NCBI RefSeq assembly: GCF_030384885.1
Contig: NZ_CP128613.1
From: Escherichia coli
Lineage (GTDB): Bacteria; Pseudomonadota; Gammaproteobacteria; Enterobacterales; Enterobacteriaceae
DNA: 64,000 bases
Reading direction: 5' to 3' (one strand)
Part shown: positions 8,834-23,820 of the stretch, piece by piece
Layout: each line of letters opens with the position of its first letter
Position numbering within the stretch: the first letter of the stretch is position 1
Position numbers and translations under genes: made by a program
Notes under the pieces: generated by a model
The model's input: only the letters and a program-made list of their open reading frames with translations
Told to the model about the DNA's origin: nothing
Database searches by the model: none

Positions 8834-11620
8834 TTAGTGCGCCTGATCCCAGTTTTCGCCACTCCCCACTTCCACCAGCAACGGCACATCCAGACGGGTA
8901 CAGTTTTCCATCAGTTGATGAATCTGTTTCGCGACGGCATCGACATCATCTTTATGAACTTCAAATACCAGTTCATCGTGTACCTGCATAATCATACGCA
9001 CACGCGGTTGCTCAGCTTGTAACCACGCATCAACGGCAATCATCGCTCGTTTGATAATGTCGGCGGCGGTTCCCTGCATTGGCGCGTTAATGGCTGCACG
9101 TTCAGCCGCTGCACGACGAGCACCATTGCTGGATTTGATATCCGGCAGATACAGACGGCGTCCGTCCAGCGTTTCAACGTAGCCCTGTTCTTTCGCCTGC
9201 GCACGGGTGCGCTCCATATACTCCAGCACGCCTGGGTAGCGTTCGAAGTAAAGGTCCATGTACTTCTGCGCTTCTTTACGTGGAATGTTCAATTGTCGCG
9301 CCAGACCGAAAGCACTCATGCCATAAATCAGACCAAAGTTGATCGCTTTCGCGCTACGACGTTGCTCGCTGGTGACGGTTTCCAGTGGCAAACCAAACAC
9401 TTCTGCCGCCGTAGCCCGGTGGATATCTTTTCCTTCCGCGAATGCGGTCAGCAAGCCTTTGTCACGCGAGAGATGCGCCATAATGCGCAGTTCAATCTGC
9501 GAGTAGTCCGCCGAGACAATCACATAATCCTCTGGCGCAATAAACGCCTGGCGGATACGACGACCTTCTTCGTTACGCACCGGAATGTTTTGCAGGTTAG
9601 GATCGGTTGACGATAAACGTCCCGTTGCGGTTACTGCCTGGTGATAAGAGGTATGTACACGCCCGGTTTTCGGGTTGATCATCAGCGGCAGCTTGTCGGT
9701 GTAGGTCGATTTCAGCTTCGCCAGACCACGATACTCCAGAATCACTTTTGGCAACGGATAGTCCAGCGCCAGTTCTTCCAGTACCTCTTCCGACGTTGAC
9801 GGCGCACCACCCGGCGTTTTCTTCAGCGGTTTAATGCCCTGTTTTTCAAACAGAATGGTTTGTAACTGCTTGGTGGAAGAAAGGTTAAATTCTTCACCTG
9901 CAATTTCATGCGCTTTCTTTTCCAGCTCAGCCAGACGTAGAGTGAGCTCTTCAGAATGATTATGAAGCACTTTCGGATCGATCTTCACACCGTTACGTTC
10001 AATGCGTGAAAGCACCGGCACCAAAGGCATTTCGATATTCTCGAAGACGTTCAACGGCCCTTTGTGTTTTTGCAGATCCGGCCACATTTTCAGATGCAAC
10101 TGCAAGGTGACATCTGCATCTTCGGCGGCGTAACGTCCGGCCTCTTCGAGGGCAATCTGGTTAAAGGTCAGTTGATTTTTGCCTTTACCGGCAATCTCTT
10201 CAAAAGTGATGGTTTTGTGCTTCAACCAACGTTCCGCGAGGCTGTCCATATCGTGACGCCCGGCAACGCTATTGAGAATGTAGGACTCCAGCATGGTATC
10301 AAACGCAATCCCACGTAGTTCAATGCCGTAGTTCGCCAGAATACCGCGATCGTATTTCAGGTTTTGCCCGACCTTCAGCGCCTTTTCATCTTCCAGCAGC
10401 GGTTTTAGCAACTCGAGTGCACGCTCGCGAGAGATTTGATCGGGCGCATCAAGATAATCATGAGCAACTGGAATATATGCCGCTACGCCTGGCTCGATAG
10501 CAAAAGAAAGCCCGACCAGGTTAGCAGAGATGTTATCGAGGCTGTCGGTTTCGGTATCAAATGCAAATACCGGCGCTTTTTCCAGCTTCGCAATCCACGC
10601 TTTCAGTGTTTCTTCATCAAGGATGGTGACGTAGTTGTCATAAGAAATCACCGTTGCCGTCACTTCTGGCGCGTCGTCTGCAACACTGGTTTCCTGCGGC
10701 TTCGCGGCTGGTTTTGCCCCTTTGGCCTGTAACCATTTGCCCGCTTCGACATCAGCAGTCCAGCGTTTGAACTCATACTTTTTGAACAGCCCCAACAACT
10801 CTTCCGCCGCCGGTTGCTGCACTTCCAGTTGTTCACAGGTCAGCTCCAGTTCAACGTCGGTTTTAATCGTCGCCAGCTGGTATGAGAGATAAGCAACTTC
10901 TTTGTTTTGCTCGAGCTTCGCTGCCATTGTTTTCGCGCCACGGAAGCTCAACCCAGCAATTTTTTCTGGCTCGGCATACAGCGTATCCAGTCCGCCAAGA
11001 CCTTGCAGCAATGCCTGCGCGGTTTTTTCACCAACGCCCGGTACGCCAGGGATGTTATCGGAGGAGTCACCCATCAGCGCCAGGAAATCGATGATCAGTT
11101 CTGGCGGCACGCCGTACTTATTCACCACCTCTTCCGGTCCGAGGATGGTATTCGTCATGGTATTGATAAGCGTAATATTTGGCGTCACCAGCTGCGCCAT
11201 ATCTTTATCGCCAGTGCTGATCAGCACCGGACGCCCGGCTTTTTCGGCTTCGCGCGCCAGAGTACCGATAACGTCGTCCGCTTCTACGCCAGAAACCGCC
11301 AGCAGCGGCAGTCCCATCGCTTTGACCATCGCGTGCAGAGGTTCGATTTGTGCTCGCAGATCGTCCGGCATTGGCGGGCGATGTGATTTGTAATGTTCAA
11401 ACAGTTCATCACGAAAGGTTTTTCCCTTGGCGTCAAAGACCACCGCTGCATGCGTCGGTTTATATTGCATGATTAGACTGCGCAGCATGTTGAGGACACC
11501 ATACATCGCACCGGTCGGCTCGCCTGCGCTGTTAGTCAGCGGGGGAAACGCGTGATATGCGCGATAAAGATAAGATGAACCATCTACAAGGATAAGTGGA
11601 TTTTGGGGGATCTGAACCAT
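8834..11620 (-). CDS. polA: DNA polymerase I
   Basis: 928-aa ORF ([25 protein letters not shown]...) with 5'-3' exonuclease, 3'-5' exonuclease and polymerase regions. Confidence 0.98.
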   Translation of the reverse strand: MVQIPQNPLILVDGSSYLYRAYHAFPPLTNSAGEPTGAMYGVLNMLRSLIMQYKPTHAAVVFDAKGKTFRDELFEHYKSHRPPMPDDLRAQIEPLHAMVKAMGLPLLAVSGVEADDVIGTLAREAEKAGRPVLISTGDKDMAQLVTPNITLINTMTNTILGPEEVVNKYGVPPELIIDFLALMGDSSDNIPGVPGVGEKTAQALLQGLGGLDTLYAEPEKIAGLSFRGAKTMAAKLEQNKEVAYLSYQLATIKTDVELELTCEQLEVQQPAAEELLGLFKKYEFKRWTADVEAGKWLQAKGAKPAAKPQETSVADDAPEVTATVISYDNYVTILDEETLKAWIAKLEKAPVFAFDTETDSLDNISANLVGLSFAIEPGVAAYIPVAHDYLDAPDQISRERALELLKPLLEDEKALKVGQNLKYDRGILANYGIELRGIAFDTMLESYILNSVAGRHDMDSLAERWLKHKTITFEEIAGKGKNQLTFNQIALEEAGRYAAEDADVTLQLHLKMWPDLQKHKGPLNVFENIEMPLVPVLSRIERNGVKIDPKVLHNHSEELTLRLAELEKKAHEIAGEEFNLSSTKQLQTILFEKQGIKPLKKTPGGAPSTSEEVLEELALDYPLPKVILEYRGLAKLKSTYTDKLPLMINPKTGRVHTSYHQAVTATGRLSSTDPNLQNIPVRNEEGRRIRQAFIAPEDYVIVSADYSQIELRIMAHLSRDKGLLTAFAEGKDIHRATAAEVFGLPLETVTSEQRRSAKAINFGLIYGMSAFGLARQLNIPRKEAQKYMDLYFERYPGVLEYMERTRAQAKEQGYVETLDGRRLYLPDIKSSNGARRAAAERAAINAPMQGTAADIIKRAMIAVDAWLQAEQPRVRMIMQVHDELVFEVHKDDVDAVAKQIHQLMENCTRLDVPLLVEVGSGENWDQAH

Positions 11621-11744
11621 AATGTCCGTGCCTGTTTATCAGATTATGGGTAAAGGATGCCACAGACAGGATGAAAACATGAGTTTTTCACCGCTTTTCG
11701 TGAAAATCTTTTGTAGATCTTCTGGATCGCTCGCAAATCGTCAT

Positions 11745-11753
11745 GTGGATAAC
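11745..11753. promoter_or_regulatory. DnaA box in the polA/yihG divergent promoter region
   Basis: TGTGGATAA is the exact reverse complement of the consensus TTATCCACA; a one-mismatch copy (TGTGGATAG) lies near 11886. Confidence 0.5.
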
Positions 11754-11983
11754 TTTGTGCATAAATTATTTACATCACTTTTAATTTATTATCATGCTTT
11801 TTACAGCATGATGTTTGTCTTTGCTTTTCATACAGTTAAATATAAAGCCATCCCTAATAATTGTGATAATGGGATTTTTTCTAATGTGGATAGATATGAA
11901 TTATTTTTCTCCTTAAGGATCATCCGTTATTTGGGGCGTTTTCTGCTAAAATCGGCGCCTTGCGCTTCTTTAGCGCACTGTCT

Positions 11984-12916
11984 ATGGCTAACCTTTTGAA
12001 TAAATTCATTATGACGAGAATACTCGCTGCGATAACCCTTTTGCTGAGTATCGTATTGACCATTTTGGTCACTATTTTTTGCTCCGTCCCGATCATCATT
12101 GCCGGGATTGTAAAACTATTGCTACCTGTGCCAGTCATTTGGCGAAAGGTTTCGCGTTTTTGTGATTTTATGATGTATTGCTGGTGTGAAAGTCTGGCGG
12201 TATTACTGCATCTGAACCCACACCTGCAATGGGAAGTTCACGGGCTGGAAGGGTTAAGTAAGAAGAACTGGTATCTGCTTATTTGTAACCACCGTAGTTG
12301 GGCAGATATTGTCGTACTGTGCGTGCTGTTTCGTAAGCACATTCCGATGAATAAATATTTCCTCAAGCAGCAGCTTGCCTGGGTGCCATTTCTTGGCCTG
12401 GCATGCTGGGCGCTGGATATGCCGTTTATGAAGCGTTATTCCCGCGCTTATTTATTACGTCATCCGGAACGACGTGGTAAAGATGTTGAAACCACCCGGC
12501 GTTCTTGTGAAAAGTTTCGCCTGCACCCCACCACCATTGTCAATTTCGTTGAAGGCTCCCGTTTCACGCAAGAAAAACATCAGCAAACCCACTCCACTTT
12601 TCAAAACTTGTTGCCACCAAAGGCGGCAGGCATTGCGATGGCGCTAAATGTACTGGGTAAACAATTCGATAAACTGCTTAATGTTACGCTGTGTTATCCG
12701 GACAATAACCGTCAGCCGTTCTTCGATATGTTAAGCGGTAAACTGACGCGAATTGTCGTACATGTGGATTTACAGCCTATTGCCGATGATTTACATGGCG
12801 ACTACATCAATGACAAAAGCTTTAAGCGCCATTTTCAGCAATGGCTGAACTCACTGTGGCAGGAAAAAGACCGACTTCTGACGTCGTTGATGTCATCACA
12901 GCGTCAGAATAAGTAA
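11984..12916 (+). CDS. yihG: putative acyltransferase YihG (PlsC family)
   Basis: 310-aa ORF from MANLLNKF; membrane N-terminus and acyltransferase HX4D-like region ([11 protein letters not shown]). Confidence 0.9.
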   Translation: MANLLNKFIMTRILAAITLLLSIVLTILVTIFCSVPIIIAGIVKLLLPVPVIWRKVSRFCDFMMYCWCESLAVLLHLNPHLQWEVHGLEGLSKKNWYLLICNHRSWADIVVLCVLFRKHIPMNKYFLKQQLAWVPFLGLACWALDMPFMKRYSRAYLLRHPERRGKDVETTRRSCEKFRLHPTTIVNFVEGSRFTQEKHQQTHSTFQNLLPPKAAGIAMALNVLGKQFDKLLNVTLCYPDNNRQPFFDMLSGKLTRIVVHVDLQPIADDLHGDYINDKSFKRHFQQWLNSLWQEKDRLLTSLMSSQRQNK

Positions 12917-12920
12917 GTTT

Positions 12921-12950
12921 TACTCGCCTCTGAATGAGCAGAGGCGAGTG
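12921..12950. terminator. bidirectional hairpin between convergent yihG and yihF
   Basis: Perfect stem ACTCGCCTCTG / CAGAGGCGAGT with loop AATGAG, flanked by T/A-rich runs on both sides. Confidence 0.6.
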
Positions 12951-12956
12951 AGTATT

Positions 12957-14387
12957 TTAATGAACAAAACGTCCGGCACGAGACATAAATTCTTCTTCGC
13001 TCATTTCCTGTCCGTTAAAAACAACTTTACCCGGTGTATAACGCAGTTGCAGCGAGGCGGTATTGTTGTCAATCGTGATTAACTGAAACATCTGACCTAA
13101 TGTCATCATCCCGCTGATTTGTTTATCAGCCTGCTTTTGCGCTTTTTCCGCATCCATGCCTTCAGATAAATTAAGCTGTTTTGCGGTTTCTGTGACAACA
13201 TTAAGCGGTAACTTCACGTCAAAATTGAGCGATTTAATATCTTTGTTTGTGGATGATGAAGATTTGGCTGGGTCGGCAATACTGATATCCAGATTGGCAT
13301 TTAGTTCGCCGAGTGCGTTCTTCCATCTTACCGGTTGTTTAATGGTCGGCTCACTTTTTTGTAATAACGGTAAATACTCTTTGAACAATGCAGCATTCAC
13401 TTCTTGCAGAGCAACTTCATCGTTTGCTAACTCAGGGTGTGCAGCAAGCTGCTTCTGCATCGCAATGTTATACTGAATGATAAATTGGCGCACCGCTGAG
13501 GGATCAATAGATTCCGCAATCAAGGACCACTCTCCACTACCGAGTTGCTGATTCCCTTTTGTTAACTTATCAAGTTCGTAGGTCAGATTGACATTGATAT
13601 AATCTTTGTCTTTAACGCGATCCAGCCTGGTTTTTGCAACGAAAGCATCGATTTGGGCAACGTCTTCTCCCTGATTGATAATGTTAATCTGATTGAATTT
13701 CGACTCGCTTTCGCCAACCGGAAATTTCTTTTCTTCTAATCGCGTCAGAGAATCAATGGTAAAACTTTTCGCCGTTACTTTGTTCAATGGCGATAATTCC
13801 AGAACAATATCTTCGACTTTGCCTTCAATATCCAGGTTAGACAATGAGCTACCATCACCATTAAAAGTAAACTGGCCTTCACCAAAAGAAAACTTTCCAT
13901 ATTTTGCAGGGGCAACATCTAATGTCGTGGAGAATGAGCCACCAAACGCGAATCGCAATGTCGCTTCCACGGGCGATTTATTTTTTGCGGCGATAAATAG
14001 CGGTTGTGTCAGTTCATTATTCACTAAGTTCACTTTTGCCGCTGCCAGTGCGGGGATGACATTACCACGCATTAACATTGTGATGGGCAACGGACCGTGC
14101 TCAACATCCACATCAAATGCAACTTTCTGGCCTGGCTTGATATTGAGATCGGGTGCACCGTTATCAAATGTCATTTGCATTTGAAAATGAGAATTAAAAA
14201 AGCCTTTGTCAAAGTTTTTATAACTTAACGTCATATCGTAGGCATGTTCACCTTTCTTTTTAGCATCGTTAAAATCTTTAATGAACTTTTCGACACCAGG
14301 CTGAATTTGCGTACCTGTGTACCATGTGCCACCACCCCAGATTACGGCTAACGCAACAATAATACCTGTAGCTGACTTACGTATCAT
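12957..14387 (-). CDS. yihF: DUF945-family periplasmic/membrane protein YihF
   Basis: Long ORF with N-terminal signal/anchor (MIRKSATGIIVALAVIWGGG); start set at MIRKS, 14 codons inside the track ORF. Start position uncertain. Confidence 0.85.
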   Translation of the reverse strand: MIRKSATGIIVALAVIWGGGTWYTGTQIQPGVEKFIKDFNDAKKKGEHAYDMTLSYKNFDKGFFNSHFQMQMTFDNGAPDLNIKPGQKVAFDVDVEHGPLPITMLMRGNVIPALAAAKVNLVNNELTQPLFIAAKNKSPVEATLRFAFGGSFSTTLDVAPAKYGKFSFGEGQFTFNGDGSSLSNLDIEGKVEDIVLELSPLNKVTAKSFTIDSLTRLEEKKFPVGESESKFNQINIINQGEDVAQIDAFVAKTRLDRVKDKDYINVNLTYELDKLTKGNQQLGSGEWSLIAESIDPSAVRQFIIQYNIAMQKQLAAHPELANDEVALQEVNAALFKEYLPLLQKSEPTIKQPVRWKNALGELNANLDISIADPAKSSSSTNKDIKSLNFDVKLPLNVVTETAKQLNLSEGMDAEKAQKQADKQISGMMTLGQMFQLITIDNNTASLQLRYTPGKVVFNGQEMSEEEFMSRAGRFVH

Positions 14388-14493
14388 ATAAATATTCCCT
14401 GATAAAACAGCAAAACTTTGAATATCCACTTATGCTGAAATAATGTCCAGCGGCAGGACGCATTATCAGAATGTATTTATATTTATTAAATAA

Positions 14494-14522
14494 TAAAAAA
14501 AGCCCGTGAATATTCACGGGCT
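14494..14522 (-). terminator. rho-independent terminator downstream of dsbA
   Basis: Stem AGCCCGTGAA / TTCACGGGCT followed on the minus strand by a U-run (A-run 14494-14500 on +). Confidence 0.65.
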
Positions 14523-14541
14523 TTATGTAATTTACATTGAA

Positions 14542-15168
14542 TTATTTTTTCTCGGACAGATATTTCACAGTATCAGCATACTGCTGAACAAAAACATCCA
14601 TATTGCTGGTATCCATACCCTGCGGATTCAGCTGATATTTACCGTTAACAAACATCGCCGGAACGCCACGCAATTGCACGTCGGCTGCGGCTTTTTCCTG
14701 CTGAGCCACCAGAGATTTCACCACGAAGCTGTTCCAGGCCGCGTCGTACTCTTCACCTTTAATACCTGCGTTGATAAATACATCGCGGATATCAGATGCA
14801 GAACGAATGGTCTGGGTTTTCTGTACGCCTTCAAACAGCGGAACAGTCACTTTGTCTTCCACGCCCAGCGCCATCGCCACTGCCCATGCCTGAGTCAGTT
14901 CTTTGCCCAGATCCCCGCCCATGAAGTTGACGTGGTATTTAGTCATTTTCACGCCTTCCGGCAGTTTTTTCTTCACGTTATCAGAAATATGCAGAACTTC
15001 TTCAAACTGATAGCAGTGCGGGCAGAAGAAAGAGAAAAACTCCAGCACTTGCGGCGCGCCAGCTACCGGTTTTTCCAGGGTAGTGTACTGTTTACCATCT
15101 TCATACTGCGCCGCCGATGCGCTAAACGCTAAAACTAAACCAGCCAGCGCCAGCCAAATCTTTTTCAT
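14542..15168 (-). CDS. dsbA: periplasmic thiol:disulfide oxidoreductase DsbA
   Basis: 208-aa ORF with signal peptide and CPHC active site ([12 protein letters not shown]). Confidence 0.97.
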   Translation of the reverse strand: MKKIWLALAGLVLAFSASAAQYEDGKQYTTLEKPVAGAPQVLEFFSFFCPHCYQFEEVLHISDNVKKKLPEGVKMTKYHVNFMGGDLGKELTQAWAVAMALGVEDKVTVPLFEGVQKTQTIRSASDIRDVFINAGIKGEEYDAAWNSFVVKSLVAQQEKAAADVQLRGVPAMFVNGKYQLNPQGMDTSNMDVFVQQYADTVKYLSEKK

Positions 15169-15184
15169 GATCTACTCTCTCCGA

Positions 15185-16171
15185 TTAATACATAGGTGTT
15201 AATTGCAAAGGGGGTTCTTGTAGAACTTTTGCCTGTTCTATAAAAGTCGCCGTCTGTCGCAGCCAGTAATCTTCCCCGGTTAACCACGGGAAATTTTTCG
15301 GGAACGCGGGATCAGCCCAACGCCGCATTAGCCAGGCAAGATAATAAACCAAACGCATGGCGCGTAAAGGTTCAATCAGTCCGATTTCAGCGGTATCGAA
15401 CTCGCTAAATTCTTCATAAGCTTCAATAATAGTTTCCAGTTGCATCCGCTGCTCGGATTTATCGCCATTGAGCAACATCCACAAATCCTGAACGGCTGGA
15501 CCATTACGTGCATCATCCAGATCAACGAACATTGGACCATCACGCCAGAGAATATTCCCGGCGTGGCAGTCTCCATGTAGCCGCAGAACGGTGAAATCTT
15601 CCCGCCAATGTGCTGTAACGGCGGCGATCAGCTCATCTGTCGCTTTCAGGAATGCCGCTTTCAACCCGGAAGGTATCAGTGTAGCGTCCTCAAACAGCTT
15701 GCGTGGCTCAATGAGATATTCATTCAGACCGATGGTCGGGCGATGGATAAAAAGCTGTTTGCGCCCCGTCTGGTGCATACGCCCTAAATAACGCCCAACA
15801 GCTTCCATCTGATCGATATTATCAGCTTCGAACTGGCGACCACCGACGCTTGGAAAAACAGCGAAATAAAATCCCTGATGATTCAATAAAGTCTGACCGT
15901 TAAAGGCCACAGGCGCTGCGACCGGAACCTCATCGTTAACCAGCTGCAACGCAAATTGATGTTCTTCGAGGATTTGATCGGCTGTCCAACGTTCAGGGCG
16001 ATAAAATTTGACGACAAAACGTCGACGATCTTCGTCCTGAAATTGATAGACACGGTTTTCATAGCTGTTAAGCGGGGTAAGACCGGAATCCACCCGGATC
16101 CCATGCTCAAACAGAGCGTCCATGATGGTATCCGGGTGTAGTGTCTGGAAAGTAAAAGCGCTGTTGTTCAT
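15185..16171 (-). CDS. srkA: stress response Ser/Thr protein kinase SrkA (YihE/RdoA)
   Basis: 328-aa ORF with eukaryotic-like kinase motifs (HGDCHAGNILW, DLDD). Confidence 0.95.
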   Translation of the reverse strand: MNNSAFTFQTLHPDTIMDALFEHGIRVDSGLTPLNSYENRVYQFQDEDRRRFVVKFYRPERWTADQILEEHQFALQLVNDEVPVAAPVAFNGQTLLNHQGFYFAVFPSVGGRQFEADNIDQMEAVGRYLGRMHQTGRKQLFIHRPTIGLNEYLIEPRKLFEDATLIPSGLKAAFLKATDELIAAVTAHWREDFTVLRLHGDCHAGNILWRDGPMFVDLDDARNGPAVQDLWMLLNGDKSEQRMQLETIIEAYEEFSEFDTAEIGLIEPLRAMRLVYYLAWLMRRWADPAFPKNFPWLTGEDYWLRQTATFIEQAKVLQEPPLQLTPMY

Positions 16172-16247
16172 CCCATCATCCGGAAAACATTACGAATGAT
16201 GAAGGATATCATTTCACGATGATTTTGGTGGCACCGCTTACAAGCTT

Positions 16248-16517
16248 TTACTCTTTAATTACGCCGCGAGCGCGTAACAGCGCCGTTTTGAAATCTTCTT
16301 CATAATCTTTCTGCAAACCCGGGATCACCGCATCTTTCGCGGAATCACGCATTTTCAGGTGATAGATCAGAATGTCATCCGTCAAATCCGCCAGTTCGCC
16401 GTCAAAACCTGACTCTTTCGCCAGTTTCTGCAAAAATTGCAGCAGGTTAAGGTCTGGCTCTTTTTGCCAGGCTGGCTGGAGGAGTTCAATAACTTCATTC
16501 AGACGTTTACATTTCAT
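16248..16517 (-). CDS. yihD: DUF1040 protein YihD
   Basis: 89-aa ORF from [24 protein letters not shown]; start chosen inside the track ORF. Confidence 0.9.
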
Positions 16518-16586
16518 AGTAATGCTCCTTACTCTTGAGACAGACACGTTAGCAGGGTCAATCCCACAATAAAAGAGGCGATATCG

Positions 16587-17168
16587 GTGAATCTGATGAC
16601 GACGATAACAGGCGTTGTGCTGGCGGGCGGTAAAGCCAGACGAATGGGCGGCGTAGATAAAGGATTGCTTGAATTAAACGGCAAACCATTATGGCAACAT
16701 GTCGCTGACGCGCTTATGACGCAGCTCTCTCACGTCGTGGTTAATGCTAATCGTCATCAGGAAATCTATCAGGCAAGCGGTCTGAAAGTGATTGAAGATA
16801 CACTGGCGGATTACCCAGGCCCTCTGGCAGGAATGCTTTCAGTAATGCAGCAGGAAGCGGGGGAGTGGTTTTTGTTTTGCCCATGCGATACGCCTTACAT
16901 TCCCCCTGATTTAGCTGCCCGGCTTAATCATCAGCGCAAAGATGCGCCTGTCGTGTGGGTCCACGACGGTGAACGCGATCACCCGACTATTGCTCTGGTA
17001 AACCGCGCAATTGAGCCTTTATTACTGGAATATCTGCAAGCAGGAGAACGCCGGGTAATGGCATTTATGCGTCTGGCTGGCGGTCATGCGGTTGATTTCA
17101 GCGATCATAAAGAGGCATTTGTGAACGTGAATACGCCAGAGGAGCTTGCCCGATGGCAAGAAAAGTAA
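16587..17168 (+). CDS. mobA: molybdenum cofactor guanylyltransferase MobA
   Basis: ORF with [11 protein letters not shown] nucleotide-binding motif; apparent GTG initiation at 16587. Confidence 0.93.
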
Positions 17169-17680
17169 TGATACCGCTACTCGCCTTTGCCGCGTGGAGT
17201 GGCACTGGAAAAACTACGCTGCTGAAAAAACTGATCCCGGCATTATGCGCCAGAGGGATCCGTCCGGGACTGATTAAGCATACGCATCATGATATGGATG
17301 TTGATAAGCCAGGCAAAGATAGCTATGAACTGCGCAAGGCTGGCGCGGCGCAAACCATCGTTGCCAGCCAGCAACGATGGGCTTTGATGACGGAAACGCC
17401 AGACGAAGAAGAGCTGGGTCTACATTTTCTCGCAAGCCGGATGGATACCTCAAAGCTGGATTTGATTCTGGTCGAAGGGTTTAAGCATGAAGAGATCGCA
17501 AAGATTGTGCTTTTTCGTGAAGGGGCTGGACATCGACCGGAAGAATTAGTGATAGACAGACATGTTATTGCTGTAGCCAGTGATGTGCCGCTTAAGCTTA
17601 ATACCACATTACTGGATATTAATGATGTTGAGGGGCTGGCTGATTTTGTGGTGGAGTGGATGCAAAATCAGGACGGATAA
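17153..17680 (+). CDS. mobB: molybdopterin-guanine dinucleotide biosynthesis adapter MobB
   Basis: 175-aa ORF with P-loop GTGKTTLL; overlaps the mobA 3' end by 16 bp. Confidence 0.93.
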   Translation: MARKVMIPLLAFAAWSGTGKTTLLKKLIPALCARGIRPGLIKHTHHDMDVDKPGKDSYELRKAGAAQTIVASQQRWALMTETPDEEELGLHFLASRMDTSKLDLILVEGFKHEEIAKIVLFREGAGHRPEELVIDRHVIAVASDVPLKLNTTLLDINDVEGLADFVVEWMQNQDG

Positions 17681-17739
17681 GCAAGAGTAGTCTGGATCAG
17701 ACGCGCCAGCGTCGCATCCGACCTTTTTTTCTGCACCAA

Positions 17740-17772
17740 CGCAAAAAGGCCATCCGTCAGGATGGCCTTCTG
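17740..17772 (-). terminator. rRNA operon terminator (T1-like hairpin)
   Basis: Stem AAGGCCATCC / GGATGGCCTT (17746-17769) with a flanking run, immediately downstream of the 5S gene on the minus strand; a second T-rich element at 17714-17733 may also terminate mobB on +. Confidence 0.7.
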
Positions 17773-17781
17773 CTTGATTTG

Positions 17782-17901
17782 ATGCCTGGCAGTTCCCTAC
17801 TCTCGCATGGGGAGACCCCACACTACCATCGGCGCTACGGCGTTTCACTTCTGAGTTCGGCATGGGGTCAGGTGGGACCACCGCGCTAAGGCCGCCAGGC
17901 A
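17782..17901 (-). rRNA. rrfA: 5S ribosomal RNA
   Basis: 120 nt; reverse complement reads TGCCTGGCGGC...GGAACTGCCAGGCAT, the enterobacterial 5S sequence. Confidence 0.97.
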
Positions 17902-17994
17902 AATTCTGTTTCATCAGACCGCTTCTGCGTTCTGATTTAATCTGTATCAGGCTGAAAATCTTCTCTCAATCCGCCAAAACACCTTCGGCGTTGT

Positions 17995-20899
<2,905 letters not shown>

Positions 20900-21082
20900 T
20901 CACAACCCGAAGATGTTTCTTGCGATTCATCATCGTGTTGCGAAAATTTGAGAGACTCACGAACAACTCTCGTTGTTCAGTGTTTCAATTTTCAGCTTGA
21001 TCCAGATTTTTAAAGAGCAAAACTTCGCAGTGAACCTTTGCAGGTACACTCTGAAGTATTTTTTATTTAATCACTACAGAGA

Positions 21083-21158
21083 TGGTGGAGCTATGCGGGA
21101 TCGAACCGCAGACCTCCTGCGTGCAAAGCAGGCGCTCTCCCAGCTGAGCTATAGCCCC
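21083..21158 (-). tRNA. alaT: tRNA-Ala (anticodon UGC)
   Basis: Reverse complement GGGGCTATAGCTCAGCTGGGAGAGCGCCTGCTTTGCACGCAGGAGGTCTGCGGTTCGATCCCGCATAGCTCCACCA, in the 16S-23S spacer. Confidence 0.97.
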
Positions 21159-21200
21159 ATAACATGTAGTTAAAACCTCTTCAAATTTGCGGTGCAAATT

Positions 21201-21277
<77 letters not shown>

Positions 21278-21345
21278 GTAGAGGTTTTACTGCTCATTTT
21301 CATCAGACAATCTGTGTGAGCACTGCAAAGCACAGTTCTTTAAGG

Positions 21346-22887
<1,542 letters not shown>

Positions 22888-23018
22888 AAAAGTTTGATGC
22901 TCAAAGAATTAAACTTCGTAATGAATTACGTGTTCACTCTTGAGACTTGGTATTCATTTTTCGTCTTGCGACGTTAAGAATCCGTATCTTCGAGTGCCCA
23001 CACAGATTGTCTGATAAA

Positions 23019-23031
23019 TTGTTAAAGAGCA
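23019..23031 (-). promoter_or_regulatory. boxA antitermination element in the rRNA leader
   Basis: Reverse complement reads TGCTCTTTAACAA, the rrn boxA consensus, between P2 and the 16S 5' end. Confidence 0.7.
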
Positions 23032-23068
23032 GTGCCGCTTCGCTTTTTCTCAGCGGCGCGGGGTGTGC

Positions 23069-23096
23069 ATAATACGCTTTCCCGCTACAGAGTCAA
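23069..23096 (-). promoter_or_regulatory. rrn P2 promoter
   Basis: Minus-strand -35 TTGACT (23091-23096) and -10 TATTAT (23069-23074) with a 16-bp spacer. Confidence 0.75.
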
Positions 23097-23186
23097 GCAT
23101 TTTTTTGCTTTTCTCTGTCGAGATTCTCAGAAGAACCCCGCTGATCCGGCGGCGTGTTTGCCGTTGTTCCGTGTCAGTGGTGGCGC

Positions 23187-23237
23187 ATTATAGGGAGTTA
23201 TTCCGGCCTGACAAGAGGAAATTTAAAATAATTTTCC
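23187..23237 (-). promoter_or_regulatory. rrn P1 promoter with upstream A/T-rich UP element
   Basis: Minus-strand -35 TTGTCA (23209-23214), 16-bp spacer, -10 TATAAT (23187-23192); matches the rrn P1 core TCTTGTCAGGCCGGAATAACTCCCTATAATGCGCCACCACTG. A/T-rich UP region at 23217-23237. Confidence 0.8.
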
Positions 23238-23263
23238 GACCGCGCATTTTTTACTCTTTATGC

Positions 23264-23809
23264 TTATTTCAGCGTCGGTTTGTCGGTTAAATGGGCGATT
23301 TCTCGGGCGAAATTCGCCACCTGCTGCCAATCGGTATAGACAACTTCTTTGCGCGTATCCGTTTCACCGCCTGACATCTTCATAATCAGCTTGATCATAA
23401 AGCGGTCGTACCAGCGGTAACGTGGATAACGTAGCGCCCCGGCAATGACGGCACAGCGATCGGGACGCCATTGTGAACTCATCAGAAACTTGCGCGCGTA
23501 GCTGTTGGTCTGTGGAGTACGCTTCTCCGGTTTACGCGCCACCAGGTTTACGGAGTAAAAGGCGCTCGGCATCGAATTCAGCCGCGTCGCATGCTTTTTG
23601 ACAAATTCCTGGAACGCAGAGTGGTAGTGACCATAGCGAATAGAAGCACCAATGACCACACGGTCGTAGTTTTCCCACTGTGGTTCTTCAATGCGGTGCA
23701 CATTGGCGACATCCGCCTGGATCCCCAATTCTTTCAGTTCCGAAGCCAGGTAGGCGGCAATCTCGCGCGTTTGTCCGTCCCTTGTTGAGAAAAGAATTAA
23801 TGTTTTCAC
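23264..23809 (-). CDS. hemG: protoporphyrinogen IX dehydrogenase (menaquinone-dependent, flavodoxin-like)
   Basis: 181-aa ORF with flavodoxin-like N-terminus ([18 protein letters not shown]). Confidence 0.95.
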   Translation of the reverse strand: MKTLILFSTRDGQTREIAAYLASELKELGIQADVANVHRIEEPQWENYDRVVIGASIRYGHYHSAFQEFVKKHATRLNSMPSAFYSVNLVARKPEKRTPQTNSYARKFLMSSQWRPDRCAVIAGALRYPRYRWYDRFMIKLIMKMSGGETDTRKEVVYTDWQQVANFAREIAHLTDKPTLK

Positions 23810-23820
23810 GTATTACTCCA

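Noticed and set aside
10902-11393. Two overlapping + strand ORFs (about 160 aa each) inside polA
   Set aside because: Both are antisense frames of polA with Ser/Arg/Ala-rich low-complexity translations.
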